The position numbers and the translations under genes were made by a program. Below the pieces are notes generated by a model that was not told the DNA's origin, ran no database searches, and saw nothing but the letters and a program-made list of their open reading frames with translations. A DNA stretch of 64,000 bases from Octopus vulgaris (lineage: Eukaryota), in the NCBI GenBank assembly GCA_951406725.2, contig OX597825.1:85994001-86058000 (forward strand), in the 5' to 3' direction. Positions 1 through 12,782 of this stretch are shown piece by piece. Position 1 is the first letter of the stretch. Each line of letters starts with the position of its first letter.

Positions 1-530
1 GGAAAAGAGAGAAGAGAAGGGGAAGAGGGGGAAGAGAAGAAAGATAAGGGAAGAAGAGCAAAGAGTGAAAACGGTCGGGGTGGAGAACAAGGAATTTGTA
101 ATGGAAGGTTATATGGAAATTATTTGGTAAATGTATTTGGAGAAATGGCAGAGAAATATTTTATAGAAGGAAGGGAAATGGGTGCGGGAAGAGGGAGGGG
201 TGGAGTGATAGTGTGAGGAAGAGCTGAAGGAAAATGGGAGAGAGGGGTAGGAAACTATATAAGGAAGTACAGATTAGTTTTTTAACGTTAATTTACGGTG
301 TGTATATATATGTATATACAAACGTACATTTATTATATATATGTATATACATATATACATACGTTCATATATATATATATGTATGTATGTATGTATGTAT
401 TTATGCATGCACGTATGTACATATGTCGGTGCACACACACACACATACACACATATATATTTACGCACACAATATCTCGGTCAAATCAACCCCTTTCTAT
501 AGTCTCTCTTCCCCACTCTATGTATATGTG

Positions 531-584
<54 letters not shown>

Positions 585-1266
585 CATATACATATAGACA
601 TGCCGTTCCATTCACATATATTTATATGTACACATGCATTTGCATACATACATACATACATACATACATACATACATACATACATACATACATACATACA
701 TACATGTATGAGTGTGTGTATAATTTTTTATTACAGTGGCGCTACTGGGCACGACATGTAACCATTTATTTAGAATTTTTGTTTCATTCCCAAACAGCTG
801 GAAAATATATTCGTCTTACTACACAGATAATCGATACACACGCACACACACACAGACACACACTCATACACATATACACACACACGCACACACATACAGA
901 CTGACGCACACATACATACGTATACACACATACACGCGCACACACATATGTACATACATACATACATGCATCTGCATTCATAAATACATATATGCATTTA
1001 CATAGCTATATAAATATATATATACCCATACTTATTTACATATACATATTGATATTTAAAACAATAGTATGATTTATTACAGCATTTATAAAATAATGAT
1101 ATGCATAGATACTCATAGATCAGAATATCACTCAAAGATCTCACGACTGTCTGATGATCACAGTCGTGAAACTTTGAGCAACAGTTTCAGGAGTCTCTCC
1201 AGCTTCAATAAACTATATATACACACATGTGTATGTATGTGTATTTATGAGTATACATACACACAC

Positions 1267-1305
<39 letters not shown>

Positions 1306-1712
1306 GTACATTTAAATAACAAGAGAATTGGAAATTGTCATGAATTTCATTAGCTTACAGCCGTTTCTGCTGTTATATATAATGCACTCATAGTTGAATG
1401 CATGTGTATCACCCTATAGCTTCATCGGAGCTTTGTTCATACAAGGGTTATAATCCAAGCTGGGTCCTCATGATTTGCATCTAGTTATCAAATGTATGTT
1501 GATGTTTTATTATAAATGAGATCATACATACTAGGTGTAGATCTTCTACATGTTCTCTGCATGTATATAACTCTTATGAATTTATTATTATTATTATTAT
1601 TAATAATCTATTAATTACACTGTAATAAAACACGTATAGCATGGAATAAAAAATATACCAAGTTTTCCAAACTTTGCAGTCTTTGTTTTAATATATATGA
1701 ATACATGCATGA

Positions 1713-1755
<43 letters not shown>

Positions 1756-1784
1756 CATATATATATATATATATATTGTGTGTG

Positions 1785-1852
<68 letters not shown>

Positions 1853-1914
1853 GTTTATATATTCGTTTTGCAAGATTCTTGATGTGAATTCGTGTGTTGA
1901 AACATGTATTGTTG

Positions 1915-2274
1915 TATTTGGGGACGGTCATGTTGCCAGTTTAGCAAATAAAAACACACGCACTATATATCTGGTGTTCACTTGCTTCAGCTTTATTATA
2001 TATTAATCGTATTTCGGCCAGAGTTCTTTCGTCACACTTCTGTGACCTCATCAGTGGTCCTATGCTTTCTTCTTTCTTCTTTTTATTTCTTCTTTCTTCA
2101 GTTGTCTTTTGTTCAAAGAAAGAAGAAAGCAAAGGACCACTGATGAGGTTACAGAAGTGTGACGAAAGAACTCTGGCCGAAATACGATTAATATAAAATA
2201 AAGCTGAAGCAAGTGAACACCAAATATAAGGGCAGTGTGTTTTATTGGATAAACTGGCAACATGACCATGCCAA

Positions 2275-2277
<3 letters not shown>
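1915..2277. repeat. Palindromic element (~160-bp arms) with hammerhead-like motif, Penelope pLTR-like
   Basis: Arms ~1915-2078 and ~2116-2277 are reverse complements. CTGATGA...GAAA lies at 2140-2182. (TA)n runs lie on both sides. Confidence 0.85.
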
Positions 2278-2322
<45 letters not shown>

Positions 2323-2763
2323 AATAATTGTGTATGTGTATACATACATATGCATACAGGGTGAGGGTAAGAGAAAGGAACGTACAAGTTGCCGTACTTT
2401 ACGTAAAAACCGAAAATTTTATTTCATTGATTGAAATTTGTGCAATAATAAGAATAAAAACCATCAACGTTGTTGAAAATTACTCTGAAAAGGGTGAACG
2501 GAGAAAACTTTGGGAATTTCAATAGATCATGTTCCCATGTATTAATGTATGTGGGAGTGTATATACTTATTTATTTATATAAAAACAAAAAGATGAATAG
2601 AGTGAGATGATGAGGTCACAGAAGTGTGTGACGAAAGAGAGTTACACGAAATACTAGATAATATAAAATATAGCTGAAGCAAGTGAACACCAAATTTATC
2701 AAAATACAGATATTAAAACAGTTTTCATTGGATCAAAACTGGCAACTTGTCATGCCCAAATAG

Positions 2764-2800
<37 letters not shown>

Positions 2801-3220
2801 TGTATGTAAGAATGTGTGTATGTGTGTGCGAGATACATATGCATACAGGGTGAGGGTAAGAGAAAGGAATGTACAAGTTGCCGTACTTTACGTAAAAACC
2901 GAAAATTTTATTTCATTGATTGAAATTTGTGCAATAATAAGAATAAAAACCATCAACGTTGTTGAAAATTCAGTTATTTTTGTTCGTGAGATAAAGTCTC
3001 TGATAGCCGTGGATGCTACTATTTCGTCTTCGTTCTACGTTCGTCAGCGCAACATAACTCGACATTTGAAAATTAGTTAATCTATATTCATTTAAAAATT
3101 AAAAATCATCTATTACTTTATCTTCTTTTACGAATAGAGCGAGATGGGGGGGTGAGTGAAAGAGAGTGTGTGTGAGAGAGAGAGTTACACAGATGAATTG
3201 ATAGCTAGATAAGTATCAAA

Positions 3221-3276
<56 letters not shown>

Positions 3277-3635
3277 TAAATACATACATTCGTTGATGTA
3301 TTTCCAAATGCCATTCCAGCGTAGATTTTTATACATCCATTTATCAACGTTTTGAAATTTGAATTCATTTTTTATGCAGCGAGCTCTTTGCTATACTCTC
3401 ACACGAATACATTTAACCATAGCTGGACACATCGTATCGCTGATGTGTATGTGTGTGCGCGCACGTATGTGTGTGTGTCTGTACAATTATGTATACATAT
3501 CACATTTTTCAAATTATTGTCAACTTTATTTTTATATAACGATTTACGTAAGAACTTCAGAATTTCGTATCGAAATTATTTAATTTAGATGTATATCTAC
3601 ATATGTTTGTATATATATGTATATATAGGACATGT

Positions 3636-3670
<35 letters not shown>

Positions 3671-3674
3671 GGAC

Positions 3675-3724
<50 letters not shown>

Positions 3725-3737
3725 ATATAGGACATGT

Positions 3738-3832
<95 letters not shown>

Positions 3833-3840
3833 GTGTCTGC

Positions 3841-3890
<50 letters not shown>

Positions 3891-4546
3891 ATTTCTGTTC
3901 TTTTATTAAGTTATTTTCCTTTCCTTTTTCATCATAAATCTCCCATTTTCCACCAATCACATACATTCCTGTTTCTTTTATTCTTTGTTTTTCTTTCTTA
4001 GTTTCTCTTCTTCTTCATCTTCTTTTCCTTCCTCTTCTATATATAAGTGCGTGTGCGTGACTATCTATTACCAATTGTGTGTGTATGTATCTGTGAATTT
4101 CTATATCAATACGTGTGTGTTTAAGTTTATGTGTGTATACGCGCGTATACGCAATAGTTTTTTTTATCAAAATAATGATAATCTCCCTGGTTGTTGTTAT
4201 TATTGCTGTTGTTGGGGGTGGAGGTGGGGTGGGGAGGGTGTTGTTGTTGTTGTTGCTGTTGTTCTTATCATCATTATTATCATCACCATCATCATTTTAT
4301 AGTTTTTGATTTACACTAACTGCCAATCCAAAATTTTTTTTTTCATATTTATCACTTTTTAACAACGCGCGCGTGCGCACACATACACACGCGTGTGGAT
4401 GTGTGTATGCACGAGTATGTATGAATGTGTGTGAGTAATGAGTATGTGTGTATGTGTGTGTGTGTGCGAATGTGCGTTACTCGTCTAATATCTCGGCAAA
4501 CCTGCCTCCACATCTCTTAAAATAGCATTTCAATTCGTTTATAGAT

Positions 4547-4634
<88 letters not shown>

Positions 4635-4735
4635 ATATATATTCATATATAGACTGGCAGAGGTGTAAATACATATATTTAATATTTTCGTATAAATATC
4701 AGCACAAATATGCGCGCGCGTGTCAGCTGTATATT

Positions 4736-4783
<48 letters not shown>

Positions 4784-4982
4784 CGTACATGAATATAGAT
4801 GTATACTACATAGGTAAATATAATATACACGCATATATATTTATGGAAAGAGAAAGAAGACGAAGAGAGAGAGGGAGTGAGAGAGGGTGATACACACTCA
4901 TACATATGTGTGTGTATAAGTACATATGTGTACTTATGTGTGTATGTGTGTGTGCATGTGGGTTTATGAGTGTGTGTGTGCT

Positions 4983-5019
<37 letters not shown>

Positions 5020-5022
5020 GTG

Positions 5023-5055
<33 letters not shown>

Positions 5056-5261
5056 TTTCCTACCTCATATTGGGTTAATTGCTAAATTGCAAAAAGATCG
5101 ATTTATGAAAATAAAAAGAGAACGACCGTTAAAAATCAGGTAAATCTGAAACAAACTGGCAGCGTTCTTGGGGAAATGGTAAAGCTTTATTAGATGAAGT
5201 GTTGTGATTGGGGTTGAGCTTCGTGTTCTTCCTGTGGTTGTTGTTGTCTTCACATTCCTGG

Positions 5262-5326
<65 letters not shown>

Positions 5327-5879
5327 GCTGTTGCTCCCTTCCTTGTAATACGGTTGTTTTCTAATGCGCCAATGGTTGATGAATGTTATTGAATTGGTAA
5401 TTTATGGTTTCCAAAAATCCTTTCATCTGTAATAACGAAAACAAAACGAAACGAAACAGCAAAAGAAAAAATCTAGCGAAACGAAACAGTTTCTGTTTGC
5501 ACACAAGTTCGATTGGCCACTTTCTGCAGTAGTTGTCCTGATACAACATCTCTGATAGACGTACTGGGTTAAAACTTCAAAAAGATTATTAGAGAAGGCT
5601 GAAGACGCGTCCCAGCAGCGGCCAGCGAGGTCACCAAATGCATTTCGGCCTGTTTCGACCTTTCCAATGGTGCGTACAAACAACTCGCCGCAAAAAAAAT
5701 GCCAAAATTCCTCTAGAGGTCTTTCTCTCTGATAATTATTCAGTTGCGTATACCGGATGAGTTTCAATGTTTGAATTAATACAGGGGACGTAGTAAGTCC
5801 TGTGGTAATGTGTTAGGCTGAGGAATATGTAAATTAAGTGTCCCTTAATTAAGTGTCCCTTGACGACGACGACAACGAT

Positions 5880-5938
5880 GGTGATGGTGATGATAATGGT
5901 GATGATGATGATGATAATGAGGGTGGTGGTGGTGGTGG

Positions 5939-6001
<63 letters not shown>

Positions 6002-6028
6002 GTGGTGATGGTAATGATAGTGATGATG

Positions 6029-6060
<32 letters not shown>

Positions 6061-6129
6061 GATGAAGATGATGATGATGATGGTGGTGGTGGTGGTGGTG
6101 GTGGTGGTGGTGGTGATGATGATGATGAT
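5880..6129. repeat. Compound (GAT)n/(GGT)n microsatellite
   Basis: Seen directly in the sequence. Confidence 0.95.
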
Positions 6130-6256
6130 TTGCGATTGGGGTACGGAGGTAACTGCTGACCGTTCTTGTCTTCAGTCTCTGACCAGATCGACATAACTTT
6201 TATATCCAGTCTTTAGTTCTGCCCCATTCTGTAATTTAGCGCTGAACGCGATGAAG

Positions 6257-6297
<41 letters not shown>

Positions 6298-7364
6298 TGC
6301 TTCCACTTCCTTGCGCTCGCGACGCTTCATCAACCAAGCGGAGATGGAAGTTTCAGGCAACGACAAGACCTGGTATCAGCGTTGGATCAAAGAACTGGCA
6401 GAAAGGTGACAGCAGACGGTGCCACACGATGACCTCCACTTTGAATGCGAGGCAGCTTTTCTTGGAAATGGACGAATGAAAAAAAATAAGTTAGCAAAAT
6501 ATTGCAAAACATTTGACTCAACATAATTTAATCTCACTCAGCAAATTCCTTGATATTTTTTTTTTTTAATTCAATAAATGTAATCTTTGAATATTTAGGT
6601 CTTCCGCAAGAATTGGAAATTCCTCGTTTCTAAATATTCTTTTCTCTGTTGTGATCTCTTTATAACATTGATTCATTATGTTAAAGCTATTGATTATATT
6701 TTTCATTTCGTTCTTTGGTTAAGCGTAACACTCGAACGCATATCGTAACAGAATAATATTATAAATTCTTTTAGAATTACACGGGTGAATGAACAGAAGG
6801 TTTATAAGTTGGAGAAGAAAAGAAAATACATTTTTAGTGATAATAACTAGTATAAAAGAGACGAAGATATAGCAACGAGGAAATGTAAAATAGGTAGATG
6901 TGATGGATCAGGAATTATATAGACATTCTTATCCCAAGAATTCTGAGGTAATGATGCGTAAAATTCCGATTCCTAACGTCAATAAATGAAATGAAGTGTG
7001 GAACTATCAAAGAAACATCCTTACAATGGAAGCGCTCTGCTTTGCCAGAGTGAGTCTTAGATTTCGCAGAAAGATTTCGGGGTGCATCTATCAAGCACAA
7101 CCAAAATTATAGCATAATTATTTCTCGATTATTCCAACAAAGAAATTATGCCTGCAGGTACAACTGCCGTACAAGATTACAGTAATCACTCAACGATGGA
7201 ATCTTCTAAACGTTCTCCATTGTAAAAGACGAAAAGCAATTAAATTAAGATTTTATTGTTAAACGGGGAAATAAGTTCGGGAATTTTATGATCAAGATAG
7301 CATGATAGTACTTCCTCTCTCTCTCTCTCTCTCCCTTTAATACAAACACGTGTTTGCGCATTTT

Positions 7365-7418
<54 letters not shown>

Positions 7419-8449
7419 CATACATACACAAAAATATACACATATAATACATATTTGTAAATATATATATATGTATTTATATAGATATCTATATATGTAT
7501 ACACACACACATACACACATACACACACACGTACACACCCACGCACACACATGTATATATATATATGCATCTATACATATATATGTATACGTGTAAACAC
7601 TTACACATACTCTTTCAGATCGATAGTCGACAGATAGATTCATGGCCACAAATAGACACAGACGCAGAAGCATACACACACGCACACACACATTTACACG
7701 CATTAGACTTGACAATCAGCTGATAACGCAATTAATTATATTGCCTAAACAAAAAGTTTCCTCAACCAATCCAACTCTTGGCATGCTTTGCTTGTAAATG
7801 TGTTTGTGTGGACACGATCATCTTGGAATGTATATACACAGTGCTCTTTGAGTTCGTTCAGCATATTTTTATACAGAATTCTGAAGCACCTTATTCAGCA
7901 AGGATTATTAAGGTGACCCCGAATTGCACATAGGAATTAATCCAAAGCTACGTAAATTATTACATAGTCTTGCAAGATCGATTGTGTTGAAAGAAGAAGA
8001 AACAATTGTAAATTGAAGCAGCAAAATGACATGCTCACACCATTCTTTTTCCCCTCATTATACACGCGCACACACAAAACACACACACACACACACACAC
8101 ACATACAGACACACACATACACACACACATATATATATATATAATATATTATAATTAAGGATAAAATTAAGGATAAAAATGTTTTTAAATTTTTTCAGTG
8201 GCCAGCATATAAAATATATATATATATGGAGAGGAAGAAGGAAGAGAAAGAGAAGAGAGAATATAATAAGGGAATGCAGGTTGTATGATAGTAGTAGGAT
8301 GTTAAATGGTCAAGTGACCTAAAAGTGACTCGTTGTAGATTTTAGCAGTGATTGGGACTGTTTTTTAATGAATTCTTGGGTATCTCTTGAATGAAACATT
8401 TTTTTAATATTTGCGTGTGTGTTTGTGTTATTCTAAGGCCTTTGTGGAT

Positions 8450-8870
8450 ATGTCGTTTGTTATAGATGCGTTCAAAAGGGGGTTGTATTTTGTAATAAAG
8501 AGAGTCTGTTTATTAATTCGTTGGCTACAGGTTTTATCGTCCCTGAATTGGTAGAAGGAAAAATTCTGAAGCTTGGATTTTTGTTATTGATGTGTTGGCT
8601 GAATGCTATTCTCCTGTTTTGGGGAATTTTGATCAGGGATCTGTGCAGAGCCATCCTTTGACGTAGACTGTTTTTTGTTTAGCCTGTGTATTGCTTTTAA
8701 CAGCCAGAGCAGGTTAGTGCGGGTATCAGGTTCTCCGAAGCATATGTGAAGCTGCTTTTCACTGTGCAACGTTGTCCCCGTTTGAAGGAGAACTCTGATC
8801 CCTCAATTAAATTGACGAGTATCCCACAGTTGGGTCTTCCGCATTTTTTTTACTGACGGCCTCTGTGTTG
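8450..8870 (-). mobile_element. Degenerate Penelope-like element, GIY-YIG endonuclease relic
   Basis: Minus translation KCGRPNCG...KSSFTYASENLIPALTCSGC*KQYTG*TKNSLRQRMALHR fits the PLE pattern N(L/V)IY...CxxC..YIGxT..LxxR..H, with in-frame stops. Confidence 0.75.
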
Positions 8871-9299
8871 TTGTTGAGCGTATACGGGCTTGTTTTAGGA
8901 GACTTTTCATAGATTTTGGTTGACGTATACATCCGCTTTTTGTTGTTTTGGATCTTCTTCCAAAAGGCGAACTTTCTATCTCTGAGTGATTTGTTCCATT
9001 GTGGTACTATGTGGAGTGTTTCATTTGGTATGTTGTGAGAGTATTGATCCCATATGCTATCTCGTTTGGGGGTCCTTGGTTCGAGTTGTTAGAAAAAAAT
9101 GTTCTGATTGTTTCGCATAAGTTTCCAAGGTTTTCAACGATTTCGGAGGTTGTGTTTTTCATATCGATTTCCTCATTGTTCTCTCGAGTGGGTTCATGTA
9201 TCGACTCGAATTTCTTCGAAAGCGTTAACAGGTTTCTGTTGATTTTCTTGCGTTCTTTCAATATTTCTTCATTTATGGTTGTGATTGCGTCTCTCTCTC

Positions 9300-9372
<73 letters not shown>

Positions 9373-9557
9373 TTGATATTGCTTTCGTTACTTATGTTCT
9401 TTAGGTTTATTTACGTTGTTTGTGCAACCAAAACACTATACGTGCATGTGTGTATGTCTGTACATGTGTGTGTGCATATGTGTGCGTGTGTTTGTGTACG
9501 CATGTTTGTATGTATACATATATATACGTGGGTGTACGTATGTACACACACACACAT

Positions 9558-9591
<34 letters not shown>

Positions 9592-10020
9592 GAAAATATT
9601 TACATACATATGTATGTGTGTTTGTGTATACAAATATACATTTGTATGAATGTATATATGTATACATATATGCACATATATATGTGTGCGTACGTGCATG
9701 TGTGTGTGTGCGTGTGAGTGTGCAGAGAAAGAAAGAGAGGAGGAGGTGTACATATATGTATGTATGTAAATATATGCAAGAATGAATGTTCTTTATTTTT
9801 ATATTATATATTTCTGCTGAATAAATATTCAAGTCAATTTCACCAAAAATACAAACGTCATTTTGTTCTCCCACTCCACTTCTACTACCCGCCTCCAAGA
9901 ATTCTGCGAATGTCTGAATATTGAAGCTATAAATGCCTCCATTACCTGGTAATTGATATAAGGTGAGCTGCGGTAAGATGTAATGCACATGTTTACTCAC
10001 CGACGCAATTATTATTGTTG

Positions 10021-10072
<52 letters not shown>

Positions 10073-10270
10073 GTTTAGTTCGGCTGTAAAATTTGTTGAT
10101 GAAAGTCAAATATTTAACGCGTCGAAAGATATAAACTGCACCACGAAATCACAAAATCACGTGTTTAAGATATTTTCTTAACATCATCACCAATTCAGTG
10201 GTGACTATAATGGACGCAGTTACTCTATAGACATGTATGAGTGCATACATGCATGTATAAATACATGTGT

Positions 10271-10303
<33 letters not shown>

Positions 10304-10630
10304 GAAGTGACGTTATTTTAAATATAGTTTTAGAATAACAACGGAGTATTTATTGAGGGGGGCAACTCAATCCTGATAGCAGAATCCAATTTATTGTGAC
10401 GACAAAGTTGAGTGGGATTTCAAGTTTCGCCTAACAATTCATTCAACCAATGAAATAATCCATTAGGTTATACCCGAAACCCAGTATTCCCACTAGATTT
10501 TCTAACCTTTTGTCATCTTCATGTGTCCTCCCACTTGTGTGTATGTGTGTGTATGCGTGAGTGTGCATGTGAGTATACAATGGTTACTTTTCTTTAGCGC
10601 TCCACACATACTTCTATCTTTAATTCTTTC

Positions 10631-10663
10631 TTCTGATGAAGGACTAATGTTCGAAACGTTAAA
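10631..10663 (+). ncRNA. Candidate minimal type I hammerhead ribozyme (Penelope pLTR-type)
   Basis: tt-CTGATGA-a-GGAC taat GTTC-GAAACGTT-aaa: intact core, stem II, palindromic stem III and a very short stem I. Confidence 0.5.
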
Positions 10664-11400
10664 CCTTTCTTATTCAGAGCGTTAAATTGATGCAATTTTT
10701 GTCAAACTTTTGTGTTTTGTTCTTTTTAATGTTTCGTCTTTACACTTTATTTATAAATAATATATATAAAAACATACAAATAAAGAAACAAGATGTTTTT
10801 TTTCTAAAAGTGTTCAATAAATTATTAAAAATTAATCAAAATCATGACAGCAATGCTAATGAGAAGAAAATCGTGCAAGATGGAGGAATCTCGAATTGAT
10901 CACACGAAGCAGATATGTCTATATACTATCTGCACCCGGGACATAAGGTTGGCTTTCGGTCTTATGGAATATATACGGATGTAGATATATTTAATGTGTG
11001 TCTGTGTGCGTACATGACTCTGTAACAAGGGCACATCACTCGGAATACATCGCTTCTACCCAGAAATTTATGAAGAAGCAGTGAATTTCTCAATTATAAA
11101 AATAATTTTTAAAAAATATACTGTACAGTACTGTTTCTACTTCGCGGATTTTCACCTATCGCGGGAGATTTTAGAATGTAACAGCCGCGATAATCGAATG
11201 ATTGCTGTATTTTATTATTATACTCTACATTTGGGCGATAAATCTACAATTTTACGAAACAGCAGAAACTAAAGCTTCATATTCTATACGTATACATCTA
11301 CGTATAAATGGATGTGTGTATATTGATATAAGTGTATCTCTACAGACGTTTATGTGTATACATGGATGTATGTGCGCGTTGTGCTTTATCCATAGATGAC

Positions 11401-11442
<42 letters not shown>

Positions 11443-11568
11443 TATGCGTGAGTGCGTGTATGCAGATATGACTGTGTTTGTATATATATTGAGTATATGT
11501 AAACGAACATATGTGCATGCAAGCATATAGTTTTACTGCATGAGTAATGCATGTGTGTATATACAAAT

Positions 11569-11637
<69 letters not shown>

Positions 11638-11932
11638 TATACTTGCATGTGTGCGTATGTATATATGCATGTATATATGTGCGTGTATGTGTGTGTGTAC
11701 ATATATATATATACACACACACACATATATATGCATACATATACATATATGTGTGCGTATGTTTATACGCATGTATATATATGTGTGTGTGTGTGTGTAC
11801 ATATGTATATATACACACACATTCATATATACATATACATTTGTGTATGTGTGTGTCTATATATATGTATGTATGTATGTATACACACACACAAACACAC
11901 GACATACGTATACACATACACACACACACACA

Positions 11933-11970
<38 letters not shown>

Positions 11971-12547
11971 ATACATATACATACATATATACATCGCTCT
12001 AGTTATCTTTCGTATGTTTATCTGTACGACAGCTCTGGCGATATTGTTCACACACTTGAAATAATGGTTTCTGGCCGTTACAGTGCCAAGCAATGGAAGC
12101 AGCACTAACCCACCTCTTCTTAATATTTTCACACGTATTTACTCGGAAGGGGTTTTGAACTGCCGTAATTGTATTAGAAGAGATAGCAGAAGTTAGCAGA
12201 GGCGGCTACGATAAGACAAGTCTTAATAATTACCATATTTCTCAATTGTATGATGCAAATATTTATTTTATATAACCGAGAAATAATTTCAAGATAAACC
12301 AATGAAGACTAACATGTTGTTTCACACCTTGGTGAACACACTTCCGTGAGCTGGGCTTTGACAACCTGTCCTAATTATGTTTATCGCATCAAACAGCTTA
12401 ATAGGATCAAGGCTTTACACAGGTTTTCCTAGTCCGAATCTGGAAACAAACCTCTGCGACCGAAGAAAGGCCTTAACCGAAAGGTTTCTATTAAATACGG
12501 GGTCAGGAGTTTAATCCGTATTGTTAGGTATATGGGGACAAGGAAAG

Positions 12548-12782
12548 GGCGGCGAGCTGGCAGAAACGTTAGCACGCCGGGCGAAATGCGTAGCCGTATT
12601 TCGTCTGCCGTTACGTTCTGAGTTCAAATTCCACCGAGGCCGACTTTGCCTCTCATCCTTTCGGGGTCGATTAAATAAGTACCAGTTACGCACTAGGGTC
12701 GATGTAATCGACTTAATCCGTTTGTCTGTCCTTGTTTGCCCCCTCTGTGTTTAGCCCCTTGTGGGTAGTAAAGAAATAGGTA
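12548..12782 (+). mobile_element. tRNA-derived SINE, family A (Nin-like central domain)
   Basis: Head ggcggcgagctggcagaaacgttag, B-box-like gagttcaaattcc, core tcatcctttcggggtcga...agtaccag. Degenerate target duplication (taggtata...acaagg). Near-identical copy at 38373. Confidence 0.85.

Noticed and set aside
1141-1171. CTGATGA...GAAAC as a hammerhead
   Set aside because: CTGATGA sits in the loop of a tcacgactgt/acagtcgtga hairpin, and stems I and III cannot be drawn.
5736-6196. Poly-S/P, poly-D and poly-M ORFs
   Set aside because: Trinucleotide repeat open in several frames on both strands, with no domain similarity.
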